Below, in pieces: positions 25,970-35,691 of a stretch of 64,000 nt of DNA; positions within the stretch are counted from its first letter, which is position 1, and each line of letters begins with the position of its first letter. Source of the stretch: Nitrososphaerota archaeon. GTDB taxonomy: Archaea > Thermoproteota > Nitrososphaeria_A > Caldarchaeales > Calditenuaceae. Location of the stretch: NCBI GenBank assembly GCA_033581555.1, contig JAVQSZ010000004.1, forward strand, positions 19,321 to 83,320. Reading direction: 5' to 3'. The position numbers and the translations under genes were made by a program. Below the pieces are notes generated by a model, which did not search any database, was not told the DNA's origin, and saw only the letters and a list, made by a program, of their open reading frames with translations.

Positions 25970-26434
25970 TCAGAACCCCGCCTCGCCGACGTCGCCTTCA
26001 GGCCCCATGTCGAAGCCCTGGTCCCCCGCGAGCATGAACCCGAGGCTCTGGAGCATCATCAGGTCGAGCAGGTGGAGGCTGACCAGCAGCGGGACGAGCG
26101 CCTGGTACTGCGTCAGGAGCTCCCGCACTCCCTCCTCGTCGCCCTCTTCGGCCCTCCTCCTGATCTCCTCCGCGACCCTCTCCAACTCCCTCCTCGCCTC
26201 CTCTGCCTCTCGCATGCCTCTCTCGGTGAGCGAGTAGACGGTCCTCCTCCTGAGGAAGCCCTTCGCCTCCTGCGAGGAGACCAGCCCCGAGGCCTCGAGC
26301 GAGATCAGCGCCGACTCAACGTCGGACCTCTGGAGGCCCGTCCTGTTAGCGACCTCCGCGGCCGTGAGCGGGCCGTCGGTGAGCGCCACGAGCACCAGGT
26401 TCCTCCGGACCCTCCAGTCCTCCTGTGCCGACAT
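25970..26434 (-). CDS. winged-helix transcriptional regulator
   Basis: LVALTDGPLTAAEVANRTGLQRSDVESALISLEASGLVS wHTH plus a helical C-terminus. Divergent from fbp, with paired TATA boxes (ttaaataa / cttaaatc). Confidence 0.5.
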   Translation of the reverse strand: MSAQEDWRVRRNLVLVALTDGPLTAAEVANRTGLQRSDVESALISLEASGLVSSQEAKGFLRRRTVYSLTERGMREAEEARRELERVAEEIRRRAEEGDEEGVRELLTQYQALVPLLVSLHLLDLMMLQSLGFMLAGDQGFDMGPEGDVGEAGF

Positions 26435-26532
26435 CGGTGTGACGGGCCGTCCGGACCTTATTTAACTGACTCGAAGGCCCCCGAACCGAGTCTCGGGAGA
26501 CGCTTAAATCCGGCTGGGGGCGGAGAGACCCG

Positions 26533-27675
26533 ATGAGGGTAACGGTCTCGGTCATCAAGGCGGACGTCGGGAGCGTCGCGGGCCACCACAAGCCCCACGC
26601 GGAGATGCTCTCCTACGCCGAGAGGAAGATGCGGGAGGCCGAGGAGACAGGCCTGATCCTCTCGGGCTACGTGACCCACGCCGGGGACGACATCGTCCTA
26701 GTGATGACCCACGCCCGGGGCGAGAACGACCCAGAGGTCCACGGTCTGGCGTGGAGGACCTTCAAGGAGATCACGGAGAGGGTCGCGAGGCCGCTCAAGC
26801 TCTACGCAGCCGGCCAGGACCTTCTGAGCGACGCCTTCAGCGGGAACGTGAGGGGACTGGGGCCCGGGGTCGCCGAGATCGAGTTCGAGGAGAGGCCCTC
26901 CGAGCCGATCGTCGTCTTCGCAGCCGACAAGACCGAGCCCGGCGCGTGGAACGTCCCGCTCTACAGGATCTTCGCGTCCCCCGACAACACCGCGGGCCTC
27001 GTCATCGACCCGAAGCTCCACGCGGGCTTCAAGTTCGAGGTCCTAGACCTGATTGAGTCCGAGTCGGTCGTCCTCAAGGCGCCCGAAGAGCTCTACGACC
27101 TGGTCGCGCTCCTCGGCACTCCGGGCAGATACGCGGTCTCGAGGGTCTTCAGGGCGATCGACGACGAGCCGGCCGCGGCCGCGAGCACGACGAGGCTCAG
27201 CCTAATCGCGGGGAGGTACGTCGGGAAGGACGACCCGGTCCTCGTGGTCAGGGCCCAGGCGGGATTCCCAGCGGTCGGTGAGATCCTGAGCGCCTTCGCG
27301 GTCCCACCGATCGTCAGCGGTTGGATGAGGGGCTCCCACAGGGGTCCCCTGATGCCGGTCTCCTTCAGGAAGGGCCACAACGTCGTGACCTTCTTCGACG
27401 GGCCTCCGAGGGTGATCGCGATGGGCTGGCAGGTCTCGAACGGCAGGCTGGTCGGCGTCGAGGGCAAGGAGCCCGCTGACCTCTTCGACGACCCGTTCTT
27501 CGACCACAGCAGAAGGGTCGCGGCCGAGATGGCGATCTACCTCAGGACGATGGGCGAGTTCGAGCCGGCGAGGCTCGGGCACGAGGAGATGGAATACACG
27601 ACGCTCCCCCAGGTCCTCGAGAGGTTGAGGCCGAGGTTCAGGAAGGTCGAGGAGGGCGTTCGCGTGAAGCGCTAA
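26533..27675 (+). CDS. fbp: bifunctional fructose-1,6-bisphosphate aldolase/phosphatase (class V FBPase)
   Basis: MRVTVSVIKADVGSVAGHHKPH N-terminus at ~380 aa. Confidence 0.9.
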   Translation: MRVTVSVIKADVGSVAGHHKPHAEMLSYAERKMREAEETGLILSGYVTHAGDDIVLVMTHARGENDPEVHGLAWRTFKEITERVARPLKLYAAGQDLLSDAFSGNVRGLGPGVAEIEFEERPSEPIVVFAADKTEPGAWNVPLYRIFASPDNTAGLVIDPKLHAGFKFEVLDLIESESVVLKAPEELYDLVALLGTPGRYAVSRVFRAIDDEPAAAASTTRLSLIAGRYVGKDDPVLVVRAQAGFPAVGEILSAFAVPPIVSGWMRGSHRGPLMPVSFRKGHNVVTFFDGPPRVIAMGWQVSNGRLVGVEGKEPADLFDDPFFDHSRRVAAEMAIYLRTMGEFEPARLGHEEMEYTTLPQVLERLRPRFRKVEEGVRVKR

Positions 27676-27718
27676 GGGCCGGAACAGGTTTATCCGCGTC
27701 CGCTCCTCTTCCGCCCCG

Positions 27719-28564
27719 ATGGACAGGGTCCTGGATTTCCACGTCCACCTGCCGACCGCCTCCTTCGTTTCGACGCTCAGGCCCTTCGTCGAGTCGATCA
27801 ACGCCTACTTCAGGACCAACCTCGTCCAGAAGGACGTCGGCGACGCGATAGAGGAGCTCAGGGGCCAAGGGGTGACTAAGGCGGTCCTCCTCCCGATCGA
27901 TGCGTACAGGCTGACCGGGGTCCGGGGCGACACGAACGAGTTGATGGCGCGGATCCAGGACGAGCACCGCGACTTCTTCGTCTGCTTCGCGACCGTCGAC
28001 CCCCACGGTCCCAAGGCGGCGGAGGAACTCGAGGACGCCCTGACGAGGCTCGGGCTGAGGGGACTGAAGCTCCATCCTCAGCTCCAGGACGTGAGACCGA
28101 ACGACCCGAAGCTCTACCCGGTCTACGCGGTCGCGGAGAGACACGGCGTCCCAGTCCTGGTCCACACGGGGACATCGGGGATAGGTGCGGGGATGCCGGG
28201 CGGAGGCTCGATGAGGCTCGACTACGGCAGGCCGATCCACCTCGACGAGGTCGCTGCGGTCTTCCCTAAGCTCGACCTGATACTCGCCCACTTCGGGTGG
28301 CCCTGGCACGAGGAGGCCCTCGCGATCGCGCTCCACAAGAGGAACGTCTACATCGACCTCTCCGGGTGGCTGCCGAAGTACATCCCCCAGACCGTGATGA
28401 GGTACGTAGACACGCTCCTGAGGAATAAGGCACTCTTCGGGAGCGACTACCCGATGCTCAGCCCCGCGAGGTGTCTCGAGCAGTTCAGGGCGAGCGGCCT
28501 CCGCCCCGAGACCCTGGAGAGGGTCCTCTATGCCAACGGGGCCGAACTCCTCAAGCTGACTTGA
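27719..28564 (+). CDS. amidohydrolase-2 family metal-dependent TIM-barrel hydrolase (COG2159)
   Basis: LDFHVHLPT, KLHP, LVHTG and LAHFGWPW motifs. Confidence 0.7.
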   Translation: MDRVLDFHVHLPTASFVSTLRPFVESINAYFRTNLVQKDVGDAIEELRGQGVTKAVLLPIDAYRLTGVRGDTNELMARIQDEHRDFFVCFATVDPHGPKAAEELEDALTRLGLRGLKLHPQLQDVRPNDPKLYPVYAVAERHGVPVLVHTGTSGIGAGMPGGGSMRLDYGRPIHLDEVAAVFPKLDLILAHFGWPWHEEALAIALHKRNVYIDLSGWLPKYIPQTVMRYVDTLLRNKALFGSDYPMLSPARCLEQFRASGLRPETLERVLYANGAELLKLT

Positions 28565-28580
28565 CAGCTCGCGAGCAGGG

Positions 28581-29477
28581 TTAGGAGGAGCTGGAGCCCC
28601 CGAAGTAGACGAAGAAGTCCTCGTCCTCGACTAGCAGCTTCATCTCGTCGAAGTCCACCTTCTCTCCCCTCTCAAGCCTCTCGAGGACCTCCTTCTTCTT
28701 CCTCTCCTTGACCGTCGAGACCCTCCTCTTCCAGAGCTCCTCCTTCTCGGCCCTCAGCGTCCTCCTGAGGTCGTAGATCTTCGAGGCCAGGAGAATCGTC
28801 TCTGCCTCGTACCTGTCCCAGGTGTTCTTCAGCTGGAGGTATTTCTGCTTGGCCTCCTCGTGCTTGGCCTTGAGCTCGTCGTATTTCGCGTTCAGGACCT
28901 TCAGCTCGTTGTTGATCGCGGAGAGTCTGCCGTTGAGGTTGTCAAGCTCGCCCCTCTTCGCGTCCAGCTCCCTCTTCTTCTGCTCGACCTCCGGGTAAAG
29001 CCTGAGGAGCTCCTCGTTGATCTTGAGGGCCTTCTCGTACTCGTTCAGCATAGCCTCGAGCCTTGAAGCCTCCTCGAAGAGCCTCCTCTCCTCCTCCCTC
29101 CTGACCCTGTGGGCCGCGAGGTAGAGGTCGATCTCGTCGAGCCTCCTCCTGATCCTCTCGACGTCGATCCTCTTCATCACGCCCTTGATCTCGCCGCGCT
29201 TGCTCCTGATCTCGAAGACCATGTTGAGCAGCTCCTCCCTCAACCTCCTGACCTCCGACCTCAGGTTCCTGACCGAGTCGAGCAGTGAGAGCTTCTCTGC
29301 CTTGAGGTTCGCGATCTGCTCCCTTATCCTCCCCATCTCCTCCCAGATCGCGTTCTTGGCCCTGTACTGCTTGAGGGCCTCCTCCTTCACCTCGCCGACC
29401 TTCTCCTGGAGCTCCTTGAGCCTCTCGCGGACCTCGTAGAGCTGCTCCTCAGCAGCGTTGTGCTCCGCGTAGCTCAT
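28581..29477 (-). CDS. archaeal coiled-coil protein (COG1340-like)
   Basis: About 300 aa of E/K/R/L-rich heptad sequence. ATGA overlap with the upstream GPN GTPase gene. Confidence 0.55.
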   Translation of the reverse strand: MSYAEHNAAEEQLYEVRERLKELQEKVGEVKEEALKQYRAKNAIWEEMGRIREQIANLKAEKLSLLDSVRNLRSEVRRLREELLNMVFEIRSKRGEIKGVMKRIDVERIRRRLDEIDLYLAAHRVRREEERRLFEEASRLEAMLNEYEKALKINEELLRLYPEVEQKKRELDAKRGELDNLNGRLSAINNELKVLNAKYDELKAKHEEAKQKYLQLKNTWDRYEAETILLASKIYDLRRTLRAEKEELWKRRVSTVKERKKKEVLERLERGEKVDFDEMKLLVEDEDFFVYFGGSSSS

Positions 29478-30274
29478 CTCAGTTCATCCTCCCCTTCACC
29501 GAAGGTCCTAGTTATAGCCATATGCAGGACCGGGAACCCGTCCATCGTCTTCGAGGAGACGATCACGTGCGGGATGAAGGCCCTGATCTCGCTGACGGCC
29601 TTCGCGACCTCCCTCGCCATCAACAGGGTCACCCCGCCGCTCCTCCTGTCGAGGTCGACCTCGTAGGCCTCTTGGGAGCTCAACCACCTCGAGATCCTGG
29701 CCAGGACCCTCCTCGGGACTACGTCGGACTTCGTGACCGCCATCACCATCGGCATCGCGAACCTCAGGTAGACCGAGGCTGCGAGGAACATCGAGGACGC
29801 GAAGGTCCTCGGGGTGTGGGAGAGGATCGGGTCGAGGAGGTAGAGGATCGCTCCCCTCTCGAGGGTGAGGGCCTTTGCCACGATCAGCCCCTCCCTCCTG
29901 AACGCGAAGATCTCCATCTGGCCGGGGGTGTCGACGATTAAGTAATCGACGTGGAGGCCCTGGACCTCCTCGACCAAGGCCTCGACGTTCCTCGCGACCT
30001 CCCTCACGGAGTAGATCAGGGCCGAGTTCGGCCCCACGCCCCTCATGGCCATTATCCTCTCGTAGTCCACCATCTCCCTCACGTCAACGTCGGGCTCGTA
30101 GGGCAGCGTGATCGCCGCGGGGTCGAGGTTCACGGTCGCCACCGACTGCTCGTTTTCCCTCAGCCAGTCAACCAGCGCTGAGGTCAGCGTCGACTTGCCA
30201 GAGGACGCCGTGCCCACGACGAATATGGTCCTCAAGAGCCGCGCAGCTCCGCGTTCCGCCAAGGATTTAACCAT
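29474..30274 (-). CDS. GPN-loop GTPase
   Basis: GTASSGKST P-loop, VNLDPA, GPNSAL (GPN loop) and DTPGQMEIF. Confidence 0.8.
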   Translation of the reverse strand: MVKSLAERGAARLLRTIFVVGTASSGKSTLTSALVDWLRENEQSVATVNLDPAAITLPYEPDVDVREMVDYERIMAMRGVGPNSALIYSVREVARNVEALVEEVQGLHVDYLIVDTPGQMEIFAFRREGLIVAKALTLERGAILYLLDPILSHTPRTFASSMFLAASVYLRFAMPMVMAVTKSDVVPRRVLARISRWLSSQEAYEVDLDRRSGGVTLLMAREVAKAVSEIRAFIPHVIVSSKTMDGFPVLHMAITRTFGEGEDELR

Positions 30275-30344
30275 GAAGTCCTAGTCGGGCCGCGGTCTGC
30301 ATCAGGTCGGACCTCGGTCGCCGCAGAGCGGCAGGGGTGATTGG

Positions 30345-30848
30345 TCACCTCCTGAACTGCAGCAGTATCCCGGCAGCGACAGTCGCGCCGGCGAGCAGAA
30401 GGGCCACGAGGTGACCGGCGCCGAGGCCCGTTAGCCCGGTATAGAGCATGTACCCGCCGATCGCCGATGAGGTCACGACAAGGAGGACCTCGTGGAAGAA
30501 GAACCCGACCAGGAACCCGATCAGGGCCATGAGGAGGGCCAAGGCGAGGCCTGAGCCGAGCGACGACGCGATGACGTATCCGAAGAGCGCGAGGACGAGC
30601 CCAGCGCCCACCCTGAGGAGCAAAAGGCCCACGAACCCCAGCCCCGCGAAGGCGATGACCGTGACGACGTCGAGGAGGAACGGCGAGAGCCTCCCCGCGA
30701 GGACCTCCCTCAACAAAAGGGCCCCCAGCGCGCCGGCCGCGATGAAGGCTGCTAGCTTCAGGACCCTCTTCCCCAGGAAAGCCAGGAGGAGCCCCAGCCC
30801 TATCAGGATCAGGTTGAGGGCGGTGCCCGGCACAGGGACCGACACCAC
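30345..30848 (-). CDS. hypothetical polytopic membrane protein
   Basis: 5-6 Gly/Leu/Ala-rich TM helices; no recognised motif. Confidence 0.5.
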   Translation of the reverse strand: MVSVPVPGTALNLILIGLGLLLAFLGKRVLKLAAFIAAGALGALLLREVLAGRLSPFLLDVVTVIAFAGLGFVGLLLLRVGAGLVLALFGYVIASSLGSGLALALLMALIGFLVGFFFHEVLLVVTSSAIGGYMLYTGLTGLGAGHLVALLLAGATVAAGILLQFRR

Positions 30849-30855
30849 GGGTCCC

Positions 30856-31041
30856 TCACCGGACCACCCTCAGGAGCCGGAGGCCGTTCAGCAGGAGCAT
30901 GACTCCGAGCGCGGCAACCAACACCCCGATGAGCTCCACTATCAGCCTCCAGCTGACCGCGAGCCCTATCACCAGCAGTATCAGGCCCGCGACCACGTAG
31001 AGCACGCCGGTCGTCTCCCCGCTCGCGGTCATGGTGATCAC
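30856..31041 (-). CDS. small two-TM membrane protein (hypothetical)
   Basis: 61-aa ORF with two hydrophobic helices, wedged between the S15 gene and the membrane-protein gene on the same strand. Confidence 0.35.
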   Translation of the reverse strand: MITMTASGETTGVLYVVAGLILLVIGLAVSWRLIVELIGVLVAALGVMLLLNGLRLLRVVR

Positions 31042-31488
31042 CTACGCGTAGGTGTAGAGCGTCCTGAACTGGAAGTCCTTTGGGAGCCTCCCGATCCTCT
31101 TGTAGTACTTCACGAGCCTGTGTATCTTCGCCTCGACCAGCTGGAGCCTGTGCCTGTTGTACCTGTCGGACCTGTTGTTCTGGAGGTGGACGTGCATCCT
31201 CCTCGCCCTCTCGATGAGGTTCATCAGGTCCTCGGGGATCTCCTGGCCGAGCCCGCGCTCTCTGAGTATCTGGGTGACGCTCTTCCCCGTGATTGCCCTA
31301 ACGAGCGGTATCCCGTGCTGGTCCCGCAGTACCGTCCCGATCAAGCTCGGCGACATGCCCTGCCTCGCGTAGCTCACGACCAGCTCCTCGACCTCCTCCG
31401 GCGTGGCCGTCACCCATGAGGGTGGAGACTTCGAGATCGGGCGCTTCGAGCCGGACTTGCCCCGCTTTCTCGCGTGCATCCGCGCCAT
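31042..31488 (-). CDS. rps15: 30S ribosomal protein uS15 (S13e type)
   Basis: MARMHARKRGKSGSKRP... and C-terminal RLVKYYKR.G.LP..F. Confidence 0.9.
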   Translation of the reverse strand: MARMHARKRGKSGSKRPISKSPPSWVTATPEEVEELVVSYARQGMSPSLIGTVLRDQHGIPLVRAITGKSVTQILRERGLGQEIPEDLMNLIERARRMHVHLQNNRSDRYNRHRLQLVEAKIHRLVKYYKRIGRLPKDFQFRTLYTYA

Positions 31489-31601
31489 TTCCGTCCCATC
31501 GATCGGAGCTCGCTCTAAAAATAAACCGTACGTGGCTCCTCGGCCCGATGGCGGGGTGATCCGTTAAAGTTGATAGAGCGACGAGTCAAGTGCTCGAGCG
31601 A

Positions 31602-32021
31602 ATGATCAGGCTGAAGAGGGCCCACGTCGAGGAGATGAGGTCCCACCTGGCTTCGGTCTACCCGGAGGAGGGCTGCGGCCTCCTGGTGGGGAGGGTGGTG
31701 AACGGAGTGAGGGAGGTGGAGAGGCTGGTACCGATGAGGAACGTCTACAACGGCTCGAGGAGGAACAGGTACTCGATAGACCCGCTGGAGTACGTGAAGG
31801 TCGAGAGGGAGGCGGCCGAGAGGGGCGAGGTCGTCCTCGGGGTCTACCACAGCCACCCGGACTACCCCGCAGTCCCGAGCAGCCACGACCTGGAGCACGC
31901 GGTCCCGGAGTTCACGTACGTCATCGTCTCGATCTCGGGGAGGGACGTCAAGGGGATCTCCGCGTGGAGGCTCGACGAAGTCCTGAGGAGGTTCGAGGTC
32001 GAGGACATGTCGATCGAGTAG
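31602..32021 (+). CDS. JAB1/MPN/Mov34 (JAMM) metalloprotease
   Basis: EEGCGLLVG (catalytic Glu) and HSHPDYPAVPSSHD (HxHx7Sx2D JAMM motif). An alternative GTG start lies at 31590. Confidence 0.8.
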   Translation: MIRLKRAHVEEMRSHLASVYPEEGCGLLVGRVVNGVREVERLVPMRNVYNGSRRNRYSIDPLEYVKVEREAAERGEVVLGVYHSHPDYPAVPSSHDLEHAVPEFTYVIVSISGRDVKGISAWRLDEVLRRFEVEDMSIE

Positions 32022-32026
32022 GTTCC

Positions 32027-33247
32027 CTACGCCATGCACCACCTCTCCGAGGGCCTGAAGACGTGGAGCTCCTGGAAGTCGCTCGACAGGAAGACCGCGC
32101 CCAGCTTCAGGTGCCTCACCGCGTCCCTGTAGCTCGTCAGGATCCGGACCGCGTTCTTAGACTTGACGAAGCCCATGAGCATCGCGAGGCTGAGGACCCG
32201 TGACCTCTCGTCGAGGACGTATGACAACAGACCTACGCCAGCCCTCCTGAGGTCGGGGCCGGTATCGAGCTCGTCGGGAGCGAGGAGGGCCGCGTCGACG
32301 CCGTGCCTCTCCGCGTCCAGTACCGCCTCCTCGAAGTAGGGCTCAGGGTCGTCGATGAAGGAGTCCGAGACGACGGTCGAATACCTCACCCAGCTCTTCA
32401 CTAGCTGCCTGACGGAGCTCTCCCTGAAGGCGTTCGAGGTCCTCATCTCCCTGGCCCTCTTCCTCTCCTCCCTGCTCCTCGAGGCCATCGTCTCAGGCCT
32501 CTCCAGGAAGACCGCCTCGGCCCCGACCTCCTCGATCGCCCTCCCGATCTCCTCCCCGGGCTCGATCCCCATCAGCAGGACGTGAGTCGGTCTCACCGCC
32601 CTGATCAGCTCGGACTTGTGGTGGATCGCGTCGTCTCCGTCGACCCAACCGTCCACGTCGATCAGGACCCTCTCGGCGCCCGCGAGGTCCTGCAGGACCC
32701 TCCTCGCGACCGCGATCGACCTTCCGACGCAGAGCGAGGGCGAGGTGAACCCGAAGGCGTAGACGGCCTCGGCCCTGAGGCTGTAAAGCGCGTGGGTGCT
32801 GGACCCCGCCTTAGCGTACCCGATCGTCGTGGGTGGGCAGATCTCGCCCTGGCCGACGTCTAGGTCGACGAAGTGGACCTCTCCCCTCGAGACAGAGCCG
32901 TTCAACAGCGTCAACAGGACCGAGGTCTTCCCCGAGTCGATCCTCCCCAGTGCCATCGCCTTGAAACTCCCGCCGAGCGATCCGGCGAGCCTCCTCCACG
33001 ACTCCGGGATCGGGTCGAAGTCCAGCTCCTCGTATGAGCTCCCGGTCCCGAGGCTCAGCACCACGGTCGAGTCCTCGAGCGCTGTGATGGGGACCGTCTT
33101 CCAGGGCTTCACCACGACGCTCTCCCCTCTCCTCGGCTTGTGACCGAAGACCTCGACGGCTCCCGACTCAAGCGAGGCCGACGCCGGGCCCTTCAGCAGC
33201 ACGGCCTTCCCCTTCTTCAGCTCTAGCCTCATGCACCGAGTGAGCAT
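32027..33247 (-). CDS. Clp1/Grc3-like polynucleotide 5'-hydroxyl kinase
   Basis: GRIDSGKTSVLLTLLN P-loop followed by DLDVGQGEICPPTTIG, the Clp1 family pattern. Confidence 0.65.
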   Translation of the reverse strand: MLTRCMRLELKKGKAVLLKGPASASLESGAVEVFGHKPRRGESVVVKPWKTVPITALEDSTVVLSLGTGSSYEELDFDPIPESWRRLAGSLGGSFKAMALGRIDSGKTSVLLTLLNGSVSRGEVHFVDLDVGQGEICPPTTIGYAKAGSSTHALYSLRAEAVYAFGFTSPSLCVGRSIAVARRVLQDLAGAERVLIDVDGWVDGDDAIHHKSELIRAVRPTHVLLMGIEPGEEIGRAIEEVGAEAVFLERPETMASRSREERKRAREMRTSNAFRESSVRQLVKSWVRYSTVVSDSFIDDPEPYFEEAVLDAERHGVDAALLAPDELDTGPDLRRAGVGLLSYVLDERSRVLSLAMLMGFVKSKNAVRILTSYRDAVRHLKLGAVFLSSDFQELHVFRPSERWCMA

Positions 33248-33332
33248 CCTCAGCCGGGAAAAAAGTTGAGGGGGTCGGAAAGAGCCCAGCCGTCCGCCAA
33301 ACCTTATTACAGGCGCGGGGCGAATTCAGCCG

Positions 33333-34124
33333 ATGAGCTGGGGCCTCCAGAACAGGCTCTCCAGGATCATCAAGCCCTCCACGAAGAGGACCGTTATGCT
33401 AGCTGTAGACCACGGCTACTTCCTCGGACCGATCAGGGGCCTTGAGAACCCCAGGAGGACGATAACGCCACTCCTGCCTTACGCCGACGCGATCATGCTG
33501 ACTAGGGGTGTCCTGAGGACCAGCGTCGACCCGACCGTCGACGTCCCGATCGTGCTGAGGGTCTCCGGGGGCAACACGATCGCGGGCCCTGCGCTGGGCG
33601 ACGAGGAGATCGTGACCTCGATTGAGGACGCGGTGAGGCTGAACGCCTCGGCCCTGGCCTTCTCGATCTACGTCGGCACCCAGTACGAGCACCAGACGCT
33701 GAAGGCCCTCGCTCAGCTCGTAGACCTCGGGGAGACCTACGGCATACCGGTCCTCGCTGTCACCGCGGTCGGCAGGGAGCTCGAGAAGCGCGAGACCAAG
33801 TACATAGCCCTCGCCTGCAGGGTCGCCGCAGAGCTCGGAGCCCACTTCATCAAGACCTACTACACGCCGGAGTTCGAGAGGGTCGTCGAATCGGCCCCGG
33901 TGCCCTTGGTGGTCGCCGGCGGGCCCAAGATGGAGACGGAGCTCGACGCGTTGAAGCTCGCCTACGACGCGGTCCAGGCTGGGGCCGCGGGCGTCGACTT
34001 CGGCAGGAACGTCTTCCAGTCCTCTAACCCCGTCGGGATGATCAAGGCTCTCAGAAGGATCGTCCATGAGAACTGGAATACGAAGGAGGCGGCCCAAGAG
34101 CTGGGCCAGTTGGCCGTCAGGTGA
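33333..34124 (+). CDS. class I aldolase of the DhnA/FbaB family (fructose-bisphosphate aldolase or ADH synthase AroA')
   Basis: MLAVDHGYFLGP, GAHFIKTYYT (Schiff-base Lys context) and VVAGGPK at ~263 aa. Confidence 0.7.
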   Translation: MSWGLQNRLSRIIKPSTKRTVMLAVDHGYFLGPIRGLENPRRTITPLLPYADAIMLTRGVLRTSVDPTVDVPIVLRVSGGNTIAGPALGDEEIVTSIEDAVRLNASALAFSIYVGTQYEHQTLKALAQLVDLGETYGIPVLAVTAVGRELEKRETKYIALACRVAAELGAHFIKTYYTPEFERVVESAPVPLVVAGGPKMETELDALKLAYDAVQAGAAGVDFGRNVFQSSNPVGMIKALRRIVHENWNTKEAAQELGQLAVR

Positions 34125-34628
34125 TCAGGTCCGGCCTGAGCCCTTCTCGTCGCTCACCAGGACCAGTCCCTCCGAAGTCACGAGCCTCAGCAACTCATCG
34201 TATTTCAGCTCGATCTCGACGACCGAGCCGTCGGGGTCAGAGAGGTCGATGACCTCCCTCCTCTTCCAGACGTAACCGCCGCCCTTCAGGTTGAGCCTGC
34301 TGAAGATCCCCACTAGGCTCAGCGGTATCCTCCTGGACCTGAAGGGGAGCAGGTACTCGACGAAGCAGAACCTGTGGGCCCTGTCGTGGACGTCGCCGTA
34401 GAACGTGTTGAAGTAGACGTAGAGCGGATCGGACCTGTAGTACGTCTCCCAAGTCGTGTACCTCGAGTAGTACGGGACCCATCCCTCGTCACGGAGCTCC
34501 ATGTCCTCGAGGGAGACCGGCCTCTTCCAGCTTGAGACCAGGAAGCCCCTTTCCTCCAGCTTCGGGATCACAGCTCCCCTCAGTATCCCCTGCCGGAGCA
34601 GCTCGATCCTCTCCCTCTGCGTCGTCAT
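34125..34628 (-). CDS. hypothetical protein (Tyr/Trp-rich, no recognised family)
   Basis: Coding-like ORF. Start moved to ATG 34628 (MTTQRER) because the GTG at 34670 abuts the TATA element. Confidence 0.5.
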   Translation of the reverse strand: MTTQRERIELLRQGILRGAVIPKLEERGFLVSSWKRPVSLEDMELRDEGWVPYYSRYTTWETYYRSDPLYVYFNTFYGDVHDRAHRFCFVEYLLPFRSRRIPLSLVGIFSRLNLKGGGYVWKRREVIDLSDPDGSVVEIELKYDELLRLVTSEGLVLVSDEKGSGRT

Positions 34629-34669
34629 CGCGTTACCGACCTTGGTTTCTTCCGTCCGGAGCGGCCGCA

Positions 34670-34681
34670 CTTTATATTAAG
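34670..34681. promoter_or_regulatory. palindromic bidirectional TATA element
   Basis: ctttatattaag (near self-complementary) lies ~25 nt upstream of ATG 34705 (+) and ~45 nt upstream of ATG 34628 (-). Confidence 0.4.
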
Positions 34682-34704
34682 TTGTCTCGGAACCGCGCGG
34701 CGGG

Positions 34705-35667
34705 ATGAAGTGCAGGGCGAGGGCGTTCACGATGCAGGCCCTCGTGAAGTACCACGGTATGAGGGACTGGAACCTGAGGATACCTTACCACGACAGCGTC
34801 TCCGTGAACACGGACGTCGCCTACGTCGACGCGGAGGTCGAGTTCGGCGACTTCGGTTCGGACTCGGTCGTCATGAACGGCGAGGTCGCGAGGGGCAGGT
34901 CGCTGGAGAGGGTGATCAGCGTGATAGAAAGAGTCAGGTCGCTCGCGGGGATCGAGGAGAGAGTGAGGGTCGTGACGGAGAACCACCCGAAGGTCAGGGC
35001 CAAGGGGATGGGATACTCTGCGGCCGCGGGGGCATCGATCGCTAAGGCTGCTCTTTACGCCGTAGGGCTCAGGGACTTGGCGGAGGACTCGAGGTTCCTC
35101 TCGAGGGTTGCGAGGCTCCTGGCGGGCTCAGCCTGCAGGTCAGCGGTCGGGAGGTTCGCGAGGTGGTACGCCGGGACGTCCGACGAGGACAGCTACGCCG
35201 AGACCTTCGCCGACGAGAGGGACCTGGACCTGAAGTTCGTGATAGTCCCGCTCCACGCGGACATCACGACGGAGGACGCCCACAGGGAGGCCGAGACTTC
35301 GCCCTTCTTCAGGGAGAGGATCAGGACCGCGAACGAGAGGTGCGACGCGGTCGTCAAGGCGATCAAGGACGGCGACTTCGACGCGTTCGGGAGGCTGGTC
35401 GAGAGGGACAGCCTCGAGCTCCACGCGGTCACGATGACTGGAGACTCGGGGCTCATTCCGGTCACGCCCGACTCGCTCAGGGTGATCTCGGTCGTGAAGT
35501 CCCTCAGGGCCGCAAGAATACCGGCCTACTACTCGATGCAGACTGGCCCAACGGTCTACGTCAACACGCTGCCAGAGCACGTCGAGGAGGTCGAGCTGGA
35601 GCTCAGGAGCGCGGGGTACTTCACGCTAGTCTCGGGAGTCGGCGGGGGAGCGACGGTCATAAGATAG
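34705..35667 (+). CDS. mevalonate-(di)phosphate decarboxylase family (GHMP kinase fold)
   Basis: ALVKYHGMRDW (cf. KYWGKRD), KGMGYSAAAGAS (ATP loop) and ARLLAGSACRS (cf. ARxGSGSACRS). Substrate (MVAPP, MVAP or a bisphosphate) cannot be told by eye. Confidence 0.65.
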   Translation: MKCRARAFTMQALVKYHGMRDWNLRIPYHDSVSVNTDVAYVDAEVEFGDFGSDSVVMNGEVARGRSLERVISVIERVRSLAGIEERVRVVTENHPKVRAKGMGYSAAAGASIAKAALYAVGLRDLAEDSRFLSRVARLLAGSACRSAVGRFARWYAGTSDEDSYAETFADERDLDLKFVIVPLHADITTEDAHREAETSPFFRERIRTANERCDAVVKAIKDGDFDAFGRLVERDSLELHAVTMTGDSGLIPVTPDSLRVISVVKSLRAARIPAYYSMQTGPTVYVNTLPEHVEEVELELRSAGYFTLVSGVGGGATVIR

Positions 35668-35691
35668 GCCCTTGAGGGCGTAAAGGGCGAA

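Noticed and set aside
31590-33247. The JAMM protease next to a Clp1-like kinase, considered as a possible ubiquitin-like (SAMP/Urm1) modification cluster.
   Set aside because: No beta-grasp (ubiquitin-like) ORF ending in GG and no E1-like gene lie nearby. The two genes are convergent, so there is no support for a system from this window alone.
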